DNA from: a virus | Taxonomy: Duplodnaviria; Caudoviricetes | Direction: 5' to 3' (one strand) | Virus record (IMG/VR): IMGVR_UViG_3300035208_007487 | DNA length: 64,000 nucleotides | Shown: positions 47,778 through 57,749 of the stretch, in pieces | Layout: each line of letters starts with the position of its first letter | Numbering within the stretch: the first letter of the stretch is position 1 | Notes under the pieces: model-generated | The model's database searches: none | What the model was told of the DNA's origin: nothing | The model's input: only the letters and a program-made list of their open reading frames with translations | Translations under genes and position numbers: made by a program

Positions 47778-48365
47778 TTAAATGTATTCCCCAATTATTT
47801 CGTTAATATTATCTGGCTTATTATAAATAAAGAATTCATCGAATTTAAAAGCTGCATCAAATGTAACAGGCTCATCAGAATTGAATACTTGATTAAGCTG
47901 TCCTAATGTTTCAATGAATACTCTTTTAAATCTAAAAATAGTTTTAACCTTATTGTTATTATTCATTAAACATATATCTGCATATGGGCAAAATGCTTGT
48001 TTAGCATCCCAATGTTTCATGTCTGGGGTATTTTTATCTGTACGATAAGTTGTTCTTTTATATACATCTAACCAATCATATAATAGTAAATAACTATCTA
48101 AATCTTCATCTGCAATAAAAGTAACTTGCAAAGATACTGAGCTAAAATCAGTAACTGCTGAAGTTGGTACAACAGTTGTTGCACCTAAGAATCTATCATA
48201 TTGCATTTCTGCTTCAATTTCAGGAACAGTATATTCTCTAATATTACATTGAATTGATGTTGTAGATAATGTATCATCTACAATTATTGGTAATTTAGAA
48301 AAAACTAATACTCCAGTACCTTGAACTAACGGATTAAATATTTTATTTGGTAAAGCACCTTGCAT
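47778..48365 (-). CDS. Tail-tube-fold protein (gp3 tail terminator / gp19-like)
   Basis: LQVTFIADEDLDSYLLLYDW..FRFKRVF..L..TFDAAFKFD. Confidence 0.75.
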   Translation of the reverse strand: MQGALPNKIFNPLVQGTGVLVFSKLPIIVDDTLSTTSIQCNIREYTVPEIEAEMQYDRFLGATTVVPTSAVTDFSSVSLQVTFIADEDLDSYLLLYDWLDVYKRTTYRTDKNTPDMKHWDAKQAFCPYADICLMNNNNKVKTIFRFKRVFIETLGQLNQVFNSDEPVTFDAAFKFDEFFIYNKPDNINEIIGEYI

Positions 48366-48366
48366 A

Positions 48367-51300
48367 TTACCTATTTAGCGGTAATTGATAATAATTAAAT
48401 AGCTTCCAATTTGATTTGTTTATAGGAGAATCTTGATAAGTATCAATATAGTTTGAATCTAATTTACCTATATTCTTTAATGACATTTTATATTCAGATT
48501 TTTTAACAATTGAAGACACTTCAGTACTACTTAATGTTTTATACATTGTTTTTGTTCCAGTTATAGTTGATTTTGATCTACTGCCACCGATACTATATTT
48601 ATTATTATCAATTCTTAATAGTGACATATTTAATAAATTACTATCGTCTTTATATTTAATAATGTAACCATTTTTTACATATTTTAAATTAGATATTCCA
48701 ACAGTTCCTTCAAATACATTGCTTGAAGTTGCATAGAATGATTGGAAATATGACATAAGTCCAGTAATAATATTATATGCATATTTATAATTATTTGGAG
48801 GATCAGTGGATGAGCTTCCATCTGAATAAGTAGTAGTTGTTGGAAACAATTGAACATAATTTTTATCATAATAAACATAATCGTTAGTGAATCCAGAAGT
48901 ACCCCAATTAACCAAATCAGTTTTATTTATATTAGAATATTCACTTGTCATTGTATATGAGCTAATTTGAACAACATCTGCACTATTTGAACTAAAATCA
49001 ATATCATCAATAGATGCAAAACTTGATATTGGTTTTTTCAATAGATATAATATCTTTGGATTATTAATATATGGATTAATTGAATTTAGCCCACTTACTT
49101 TTCCACTAATATCGCCGTCAATTTGCATAGTATATATTGATAAATTTCTAGCATCAGCTATTGATAAATTAGTTAAATCATAGTCTTTTAATTTTAAATA
49201 TATTCCAACATCAGGTCTATAATATAGATAATCTTTAGAATTAGTACTATTATAATTATTAACAAATTCGTCAATATAATTAATATTATCACCAATAGAT
49301 TTATTAAAATAATTAGCTACTTTTGAATTTGGTACCGTTTTATCATAATTAAAGTAGGTATGAATTATTGTAGATTTCCCATTTGAATCATTTAAAATAT
49401 TTACAACTGCATTATCTGAATAATCATAATCATATGAATTTGAATCATCATCATAAGAAGCCGCACCTTTATTATTACTTATTTTTAGGGTAATTTGAGT
49501 ATTAGTTGTTACATTAAGTTCATATGGAATTTTACCACATGAGCCAAATGTTATAGATTTAGATATTCCATTTTGGTAAGTTTCTAATATTAAACTTAAT
49601 AAATCACTAAACACTGTATTATTTTGATAGTAAGATGTACCATTTTCTTCTATACCACTAGTAGCATATTCTATAGTTTCATTTATTAAAGCATCTGAAC
49701 AATCATTAGTGGTAACAGTATCAGTTGGTGATTTTTTAGAAAAACTTGAAGAAAATTCAGCATATCCTTTGTTTGGTTTATAGTAAAAAACTGATTTATT
49801 TTTATTGTATATAAATGAGCATCTAAATGATATATCATTTATTTTATCATTTTCACTACTAAGATTAGCCATAGTAAAAACTGATTTAGGATTTGAATCA
49901 ACTGTTAATAGGTATCCCTTAATATTTTTTACAGGAAATATTTTAGATTCTAAACTAATCCCATCATTATCATAATCTTCATATAAATTATATTTTATAG
50001 AATTAATATTTAATTCATTAGTAAATAATGAATCTAATTCAGTTTTAGTTAAATTATAATTTAATGCTATATTTTGTAATTTAACGATATCATAATCACT
50101 TGTATTAGTATTAGCTAATATATATGTTTCAAAATATGGATTCCAATTTGAAATAGCTGAAATATCTACTTCAGTCGAATAGTCACTTAATAAAGTATTG
50201 GTTATTAATGAATAAATTGCGCATCTTAATCTTATTTTATTTTTAACAAAATAATACCCACTGCTAATTCTAATTTTTGAAATATTTGCATCTGTTATAG
50301 TTTTGCTGTCAAGTAAAACCTCATTTACATATAATTGATATGTGCCATTATATTTTTTTACATAAGCAGTTAAATCACTATCTTGTATTCCAAATTTAAG
50401 TACAGTAGCATTGCTTGAAGTATTTCCAATAGTATAATCTACACTCAATTTCATATTACAGTCAATTGAAGTATATGGTGTGTTTTTATTAATACAAAAT
50501 TCAGGGGGGTATTCATTTATTAGATAATTGGTATCTATGACTGAATTACTGCAAGTATTAGTAAATAAAGTTGAATAATTATATGCAATTTTATTAGTAT
50601 TTTGGCCTAATACGCACGAATGTCCATTATTTGTTTTTAGAATTATTTCATCATTATCTACACATACTTTGCTATAACTTAAATCATCACTTTTTAATAA
50701 TAATAGTAAATCATTATTTTTATACATCTTTATTTTTTCATTATCAAATAGCCCATAGTTATCAAAATAAAGTTCATTTAAATTAGTTATATCTAATTTA
50801 GCACCCTTCCCATAGAATGTGTTGAATATTTGGGTTTTAGTATTTTTAGAGATTAAAAAATATTCATTAGCATAAGTTTTTGATATGAATTTAGTATTCA
50901 TATATGTTTGATAAGATAAAGGTAAATCAATTCTAGATATATATTCATAATCAATTCCATCAATTCTAGCATAATTACCATTATAACTTAAACATATGTT
51001 ACAATAAGTACCATCAATGAAAACAACTTGCGGATACTTATTAGTTGAAATTGATTTATCAACTGTAGAATCAGAGACAAAATTTATTTTAAATTCAAAT
51101 TGGCCCCCATCACTAAAAGTTTTATCCAATACTATGAATAAAACATTTGATAAAGTTGAAGCAGAATTTTTGATAGTTATATAATGATATGTTTCATTTT
51201 TTTCTTTATTTAATCTAATTAATGAATACTTGCCTTTATTATTAGTTAAATATTTTTGTGAAATTTGTTCATATTCTGATTTATTTTGGTCGTAATTAAT

Positions 51301-51564
51301 TGGATAATAATTATCAAAATCAAATGTCGGCCATACTTTTACAGAATTAATATCATTAGAAGTTGATAGACCTAGCTCACTAAATATTGAACTGCTATCT
51401 AATGTATACTCACTTCCATCACTAAAATAAAATTCAGTTTTTATTTTAGAAGTGCCTAATAATATATTTTTTAATATAGTATATGCCTTATTTACTGAAT
51501 CTGATCTTGTTTCAACATAATCAACTAAAGCTGCTGAAGAATTACTTTTAGGAAAAACGCCCAT
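48367..51564 (-). CDS. Large virion structural / fibre-like protein
   Basis: N/S/T/Y-rich; late motif upstream; both termini resemble 51574..52302. Confidence 0.7.
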   Translation of the reverse strand: MGVFPKSNSSAALVDYVETRSDSVNKAYTILKNILLGTSKIKTEFYFSDGSEYTLDSSSIFSELGLSTSNDINSVKVWPTFDFDNYYPINYDQNKSEYEQISQKYLTNNKGKYSLIRLNKEKNETYHYITIKNSASTLSNVLFIVLDKTFSDGGQFEFKINFVSDSTVDKSISTNKYPQVVFIDGTYCNICLSYNGNYARIDGIDYEYISRIDLPLSYQTYMNTKFISKTYANEYFLISKNTKTQIFNTFYGKGAKLDITNLNELYFDNYGLFDNEKIKMYKNNDLLLLLKSDDLSYSKVCVDNDEIILKTNNGHSCVLGQNTNKIAYNYSTLFTNTCSNSVIDTNYLINEYPPEFCINKNTPYTSIDCNMKLSVDYTIGNTSSNATVLKFGIQDSDLTAYVKKYNGTYQLYVNEVLLDSKTITDANISKIRISSGYYFVKNKIRLRCAIYSLITNTLLSDYSTEVDISAISNWNPYFETYILANTNTSDYDIVKLQNIALNYNLTKTELDSLFTNELNINSIKYNLYEDYDNDGISLESKIFPVKNIKGYLLTVDSNPKSVFTMANLSSENDKINDISFRCSFIYNKNKSVFYYKPNKGYAEFSSSFSKKSPTDTVTTNDCSDALINETIEYATSGIEENGTSYYQNNTVFSDLLSLILETYQNGISKSITFGSCGKIPYELNVTTNTQITLKISNNKGAASYDDDSNSYDYDYSDNAVVNILNDSNGKSTIIHTYFNYDKTVPNSKVANYFNKSIGDNINYIDEFVNNYNSTNSKDYLYYRPDVGIYLKLKDYDLTNLSIADARNLSIYTMQIDGDISGKVSGLNSINPYINNPKILYLLKKPISSFASIDDIDFSSNSADVVQISSYTMTSEYSNINKTDLVNWGTSGFTNDYVYYDKNYVQLFPTTTTYSDGSSSTDPPNNYKYAYNIITGLMSYFQSFYATSSNVFEGTVGISNLKYVKNGYIIKYKDDSNLLNMSLLRIDNNKYSIGGSRSKSTITGTKTMYKTLSSTEVSSIVKKSEYKMSLKNIGKLDSNYIDTYQDSPINKSNWKLFNYYQLPLNR

Positions 51565-51573
51565 GCATAATAT

Positions 51574-52302
51574 TTATGATATAAATGGATCTGCAAAATT
51601 ACTTAAAGTCAATGAAGTAGTTGATATATTATATTCATTATCAGGTATTTCATATAAATCAAGAATAATCCATTTATACCCATTACTGGGAGTATTAACG
51701 TATTGAAGACTAACTTTAAATAATATTGGATATGTATTGTTGGCATTCAGCACCGGAGATTGTTCAATCAAATTGCTTAATCTATTTTTTCCAAGCATTA
51801 CAATATTACTTAAATTATTTAAATCATTTATATATACAAAATGAGTTCCTAATTTTCCTGTAGATGGATTTATTTTTATAATAAAATTAATAATATCTCC
51901 TTCATATTGTGCAGCATCTAAATTTATAGTTAAACCTTGCTCAATATCAAACTTATTATATTCAATATAATGAGTTGGAGGATAATTAGTATTATCTAAT
52001 GTTATTGTATATTTCCCATCATTATCTTTAACTGCACTATCAAAAATAGTAGATCCCCAATATTTAACACCTACTGGTCTATTTTTACTCCAATTACTAA
52101 TTTGCCCATATGTTTTTATATAATGCAAAGATGGAATTGTATAATTTTCAAAAAAAGGTTCATCTGCTACTTTTAAGACAATTTGTATATTATCACTAGT
52201 TGTCGTAGCCCAAACGGATAATTTACTTATTAGTTCTCTTGTATTAAATTGAACTATATTAAATTTATCAGCTAATCTCTCTAAGGGTGAAATAAAACTC
52301 AT
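51574..52302 (-). CDS. Virion structural protein (fibre-associated)
   Basis: N-terminus paralogous to 52302..56147. Confidence 0.7.
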   Translation of the reverse strand: MSFISPLERLADKFNIVQFNTRELISKLSVWATTTSDNIQIVLKVADEPFFENYTIPSLHYIKTYGQISNWSKNRPVGVKYWGSTIFDSAVKDNDGKYTITLDNTNYPPTHYIEYNKFDIEQGLTINLDAAQYEGDIINFIIKINPSTGKLGTHFVYINDLNNLSNIVMLGKNRLSNLIEQSPVLNANNTYPILFKVSLQYVNTPSNGYKWIILDLYEIPDNEYNISTTSLTLSNFADPFIS

Positions 52303-55300
52303 TAGCAGCCAACCTCTTGATTATTTATCTCAGTGAATCCTAATATAATACTTGATTGATTTTCAGTTGTGGAAGCAATTACTGTATTTTGAGAGAATCC
52401 TTCAAAATAGTCACATCTGATACTAGTGACATTGCTTTTTTCATTTATTATTGACAAATAATTATTGAAATTGCTATCAGAAGGATTTAATAATGAAGAA
52501 TCAATCGAAACTACATTAAAACTTCCACCTTTACTGATAAGTAAATTATTTGCGTTAAAACTTATCAAATTATTATATAAAAATGTTTTATTTAATACTG
52601 TAGTAGGAGTACCATTAGTTGATACATTTGTTAATACATATGTTCTATTATATGTTTTGTCATATACTAAGATATAGTGCCCATATTTGTAATTATCATC
52701 AGTATATAGGCCATCATTAACTTGATAATTTGTTTCAAAATTACTATCTAATAAGAATTTTTCGCAATGCCCACTGTTTGCATATACTGTATTCCAATCA
52801 AATGTTGCAAATACAAAATTAGCAGAATTATCTACTGATATTCCAACTGATTCAAAGGTAATAGTAAAATCGTTTCTATTTATCAATGTAGTATTTGAAG
52901 CATAAGCTCTTTTAGTGAACAATGATAATGCTTCAATTGGTACACTAAATCTTCCTAAATATGAGTTGTTAATATTTGATAGATTATTAGGTGAAGTTAT
53001 CTTTATTAATGCTCCAGATTTTCTAGAAATATTAGCAACAGCATTTCCATTAAAGCATATCAAAGATATTGGAAGATTAGCTGCACTATTATCTACTACA
53101 TTATCCTCTAAGCATAGATTTAATGCCACTGTATTATCAGTTGAAATAGTATCATTACTAACCACAATTTGGCTAAAATCATTTCCATTACTATCAAGTA
53201 TTAATGCGCTAACTTCAACAATTTCTGAATCATTTCCAGTATTGACAGATATTGATTCGTCACTATTATTTGTTGTTAATTTATATGAGTTAATTTTGTA
53301 TGAATATTTAGTTGATACTTCATTAGATAATATAGCATTATAACTAGTATAACCTTGATTATCAAGTCCTATTACATCAATATATGATGCTGATATGTAA
53401 TCATTGTATTTGTTAATTATTGAATTAACTACTGTAACTACTTTTGTTGATGTCACCAATGAATTATAAGTAACAGATCCCGTTGCAGTAGAGCTATATG
53501 CTAATATTAATGTGCTATTATTAATTACTGCTATTGTTTGATTATTTAATACATAAGTATTAGTATAATTAGATACATTTAATCCAGTTATTGTTAAATT
53601 AATATTTGTAATCGTAGTATTAGTAATTAAAGTAAATATTTCAAATTCAGGGATACTAGTATTATCATTTAAATGTGCAACTCCAGTATTTGTCTTATAT
53701 AAGTAAGAGGTAGAACCTGAATCATATATAAATCCTGAATTTTCAGATACTACTGAATTAGATAATATTGAACCTAATGTGCCATACGTTGGAGTTATTG
53801 TACTAAAATCAGTAGTTGAATATAATGCAGATCCAAAGAAATAGTAAGCCTTAGTCTTTATATTGTATACATTAAAATATGTATAAATTTTAAATCCATT
53901 TGCACTGGAATATATAACATTTAATTTATTCGCATATGAATAATATTGGCTAGTTCCCCCGCCTTCAATTATTGCAAGTCCAGGGTCCGCATTATTCCAT
54001 ATTCTAGTTCCAGATGTTAAAATTAATGCATGGTTACTTATACTAATATTAAATAATAACCCAATATTATAATCATTGCTTTTACGCTGCATATGGGTAT
54101 TGGTGCTAATTAGCAATATTGATCCAAAGGTAGTTCCATTATAATATGCGCCTAGACTGGCAATTTCAGGTGGATTTGATATTTTTCTAGTAGTATAAGT
54201 ATATGAATAGCTACTTGTAGTGGCAAAGTAATTAGGTAGATCTATACTTAATATTTCATTTTCATATTCATCATAATTATAAATACTAATATCAACGCAT
54301 TGATTAAACTCTGGATCAACATTAGTAGTAGTTGATTCAATTTTTAACCAAATAGAATCTTTTATTCCGCATCCACTCAAATTTTCACTAGTAATACTAG
54401 TATTGATACTTATTACTTTATCTAAAGTTAAATTATTTTTATATTTAAATTTATTTAAAGTAACTGTGAAACTATTACCTCTATCATTAGATGAACATAC
54501 TGTAACACCTTGAACATCGGAAATAAAGAAATAAGTGTTTATTTGGCCTGAATCACTTGTAGCTTGAACATTAGTAATATCGGTATAAAATGTAGAAATA
54601 GTTGTTTTATATAATGGAGTTGCATAGTTAGGAGTTCTACCTATTAAATAAGAATAAGTTTCACATATTAAATTATACTCATTTGCTGTTGAAGTTGATT
54701 CAAAATAATATACATATTCATAAACAGTTGTAGTATCTGAATTAAAAGTAGTCCAAATATATTTTTCATGAGCTGCTAATACATTAAAATCATTTGTTAT
54801 TTTAGTGCAAACATCATTACCATTAAATGAAGTGCTATTATTTATTTTTGATAATCTAAATGCTTTAATTTGATTATTTACATCATAATATCTTTTTATA
54901 TCAGATAAATTAGTTTTAGTATAAATGGGTAATTCTAAATTAGGTATAGAGACTGCACCTTTTTTAACAACAATTTCACTACTAGAACCAATATTGAAAT
55001 CTATTTCATTTGCTGATTTTACTGTTAATAAATCTTCTCCATCTAGCGTAAGCGTTCCATTTGTTCCTATGTTTAAATAGTAGGGAATTGAACTACTTTG
55101 AGATTTTTTTAAATTATCTGGAATTGAAGTATTAAAATCTGAATAAGTATTAGTATCTCTAGTTGATACATAATATTTGTCAACTCCACCCTCAACCCAC
55201 ACATCAAAAAATTTATCAAATGCTGAGGTGTCATCAGTGCTACTATTTTTAACAAAAAAGCTAAATCCTTCTTTAACACTACTTCCTAATTTTTCAGAAT

Positions 55301-56147
55301 CATTACCTGCATATGCATATTTCCCACCATCAGCAAAATAAGAAGTTTCAGTGTCATTATCATATCCTAATAAATCAAATCCATTATCATCATTTTGAGA
55401 TAATAAAAATCCTTCTGCAAAATGAAAATTAATATCTTTAGCATTTAATATGAAATCTATTCCAATATTACCTAAAGTCAATAATGATGTGCTAAAATCT
55501 ATTAAGTTTGTTTTAATTCCATCTATTTTTGTATATAATAAATATTCACCTGCATAATTAGTAATTGTTCCTGTTGAAATAGAATTCCCAATACTTATCT
55601 TATTAGAATTAATACCAATTGCAGTTGTTCCAGTTAAATTAATATTATTTGCTTTTTCTAATATTAAATCTGAAGTTAAGTTGATATTAGTGGTTCCTTC
55701 CACATAGCTAAGGGTATTATGTCTAATTATTATTGAATTATCATTTCCACTAGACGATTTATCATATATACTACTAACATTTATATGTAATTTGGGGGTA
55801 GTTGTGCTTTTTGCTACATTTCCAGTAGTGGCTACATATTCATCAAAATACCAGCCAACTCCATTTGATACGAAATCAAAATTCCAATATATATCCCTAG
55901 TTGATGTAGTACCTAATGTACCAAATATTCCACTAGATATTGATGAAAAAGAAGGAACAGTTAATGGTTTTAAATATTCCCCATCTCCAGTTGTTCCATT
56001 ATTAGTATATGAAGGTAGTGCATCAAATAAATCAAATTCTACATCTGAATCAGAAGTAGAAGCCCAAATGCTAAATTTATTTAATACTTCTCTAGCATTA
56101 TAAGTCAATAAGTCAATTGATTTTAAAATTCTATCTTCATGTAGCAT
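52302..56147 (-). CDS. Putative tail fibre / receptor-binding protein
   Basis: 1281 aa, beta- and S/T/N-rich; ATAAATA 6 nt upstream. Confidence 0.65.
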   Translation of the reverse strand: MLHEDRILKSIDLLTYNAREVLNKFSIWASTSDSDVEFDLFDALPSYTNNGTTGDGEYLKPLTVPSFSSISSGIFGTLGTTSTRDIYWNFDFVSNGVGWYFDEYVATTGNVAKSTTTPKLHINVSSIYDKSSSGNDNSIIIRHNTLSYVEGTTNINLTSDLILEKANNINLTGTTAIGINSNKISIGNSISTGTITNYAGEYLLYTKIDGIKTNLIDFSTSLLTLGNIGIDFILNAKDINFHFAEGFLLSQNDDNGFDLLGYDNDTETSYFADGGKYAYAGNDSEKLGSSVKEGFSFFVKNSSTDDTSAFDKFFDVWVEGGVDKYYVSTRDTNTYSDFNTSIPDNLKKSQSSSIPYYLNIGTNGTLTLDGEDLLTVKSANEIDFNIGSSSEIVVKKGAVSIPNLELPIYTKTNLSDIKRYYDVNNQIKAFRLSKINNSTSFNGNDVCTKITNDFNVLAAHEKYIWTTFNSDTTTVYEYVYYFESTSTANEYNLICETYSYLIGRTPNYATPLYKTTISTFYTDITNVQATSDSGQINTYFFISDVQGVTVCSSNDRGNSFTVTLNKFKYKNNLTLDKVISINTSITSENLSGCGIKDSIWLKIESTTTNVDPEFNQCVDISIYNYDEYENEILSIDLPNYFATTSSYSYTYTTRKISNPPEIASLGAYYNGTTFGSILLISTNTHMQRKSNDYNIGLLFNISISNHALILTSGTRIWNNADPGLAIIEGGGTSQYYSYANKLNVIYSSANGFKIYTYFNVYNIKTKAYYFFGSALYSTTDFSTITPTYGTLGSILSNSVVSENSGFIYDSGSTSYLYKTNTGVAHLNDNTSIPEFEIFTLITNTTITNINLTITGLNVSNYTNTYVLNNQTIAVINNSTLILAYSSTATGSVTYNSLVTSTKVVTVVNSIINKYNDYISASYIDVIGLDNQGYTSYNAILSNEVSTKYSYKINSYKLTTNNSDESISVNTGNDSEIVEVSALILDSNGNDFSQIVVSNDTISTDNTVALNLCLEDNVVDNSAANLPISLICFNGNAVANISRKSGALIKITSPNNLSNINNSYLGRFSVPIEALSLFTKRAYASNTTLINRNDFTITFESVGISVDNSANFVFATFDWNTVYANSGHCEKFLLDSNFETNYQVNDGLYTDDNYKYGHYILVYDKTYNRTYVLTNVSTNGTPTTVLNKTFLYNNLISFNANNLLISKGGSFNVVSIDSSLLNPSDSNFNNYLSIINEKSNVTSIRCDYFEGFSQNTVIASTTENQSSIILGFTEINNQEVGC

Positions 56148-56168
56148 ATAACATATTTATCAATATTA

Positions 56169-57734
56169 TTACATTATATTTTTTTCATCAAAAACATTAA
56201 CTTCACTAACTATCCAGCTTGAATTAGTTGAACTATATACTAATTTAATGTTTACTTTAGCATAAGTTGCTCCATTTAACATTGATGAATCTAATATTAA
56301 TAATTTTTGTTTTAATTTTGATGTGTAATTAGTTACATATATTTTACCGCTCCAAAGATAAACAGTTGCTGAATTAGCAGTATAATATCTCCCATCTAAA
56401 TTATCTATTATTATATTTAATTCGTCTCCATCATTTATTGTAGAAGTTGATGCAGTCGCATTGTAAATATTAAATTGAACATTAGCATTATTAATTATTG
56501 TATTATCAGTATCACTTGCTCTAAAATAATCTCCTTTGAAATAATATACATTTTTACTAGTATTACCTAGATAATACTCACTATTCATTTGAAGAAGAGC
56601 TATTGAATTTATTCCTTGCTTAATTTCCACTATTGGATTAGTTCCACTTAATTTGTTTAAATATTTACCTATTTGAGCTATTTGTAACTGTAGTTGCATA
56701 ATAGCTTCAGTTGTATTTGCTGTAGCTTCTATTTGATTTAAATAAAAATTAGTAGCTTCATCTCTTACGGTATCTACATACATATAAGCATATCCAGCAA
56801 AGCAAGGATAGCTATTAACTGAGCTTAATGATACTTGTGCATCATAAGTAAAAGAAGCAAGCCCACTGTCATCTCTAGTTTTAAAAATATCTAAAACACT
56901 ATCACTGCATAAGTCACTGCTAGTACTTAAATCAATTATTGCAAATAAAACAGGTTCTTCGTCTGCAACAGGTGTTAATGCAGTTATTAATTTATCTATT
57001 GGATCAGGGTATGTACTTTTAGTTACATATAATCCAATTCTATTGAATTTAAAATTACCAATTGAATTTGCTATATTATATGCTTCATTAGCTATTTGAC
57101 TAGTGATAGCTGGTAATTCTAATTGGTAATTCATTAGTGATACTTTAGCATCAATAGTGTCATCGGTAGTTTCTACTGCACTAAAGGATTTTATTGGAAA
57201 ATATTTACTATATTTTTTACAAGCTAGAGTAGTTGCAGTAGCTGTATCATAATAAAGAGGTGCCGGTATGTTAGATAGTGTTAATTCACCGTAATGCCCT
57301 CCCGAATATTCTCCACTACTAGCTTCTTCAGATGCTCCATATAGAACAATTCCAGTAGTTTTAAAACCATATTCTAAGCCCGCTAAAGTAGAATCACTAT
57401 AATAAGCTTGCAAAGTATTTCTTTTTGAGCATTCATCATATTCGTATTTGAAATAATTACCAAACCCTTCTGACATGTTAGTTCCAACACCATAACTAGT
57501 TCCAGTACTATTCCAAACAAAGGGAGTTTGCCATATATTAAAAATATAGTCTCCATCACTCTCGCCATCTTCATGAGTTAATATTAATTCAGTTGCATTT
57601 TCATTTGCTGGGTTATTAGTGCGTTCAGTTGAATTTACCCAAGCTAAAGCAAAATGGGTAATTGAAAACCAAGCACCGCCAGTAGTATTTGTTGAAATAA
57701 ATTGTCTACCAATATTTGTTATAGCTGATTTCAT
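56169..57734 (-). CDS. Baseplate / tail-fibre attachment protein
   Basis: ITNIG..ITHFAL..GNFKFNRIGLY..LFA pattern of tail-collar/fibre N-terminal domains. Confidence 0.65.
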   Translation of the reverse strand: MKSAITNIGRQFISTNTTGGAWFSITHFALAWVNSTERTNNPANENATELILTHEDGESDGDYIFNIWQTPFVWNSTGTSYGVGTNMSEGFGNYFKYEYDECSKRNTLQAYYSDSTLAGLEYGFKTTGIVLYGASEEASSGEYSGGHYGELTLSNIPAPLYYDTATATTLACKKYSKYFPIKSFSAVETTDDTIDAKVSLMNYQLELPAITSQIANEAYNIANSIGNFKFNRIGLYVTKSTYPDPIDKLITALTPVADEEPVLFAIIDLSTSSDLCSDSVLDIFKTRDDSGLASFTYDAQVSLSSVNSYPCFAGYAYMYVDTVRDEATNFYLNQIEATANTTEAIMQLQLQIAQIGKYLNKLSGTNPIVEIKQGINSIALLQMNSEYYLGNTSKNVYYFKGDYFRASDTDNTIINNANVQFNIYNATASTSTINDGDELNIIIDNLDGRYYTANSATVYLWSGKIYVTNYTSKLKQKLLILDSSMLNGATYAKVNIKLVYSSTNSSWIVSEVNVFDEKNIM

Positions 57735-57749
57735 ACTAAATATTTATAG
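57735..57749. promoter_or_regulatory. Overlapping divergent late promoters in a 15-bp gap
   Basis: CTAAATA (plus, 57736-57742) and TATAAATA (minus, 57748-57741), 7 and 6 nt from their ATGs. Confidence 0.7.
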
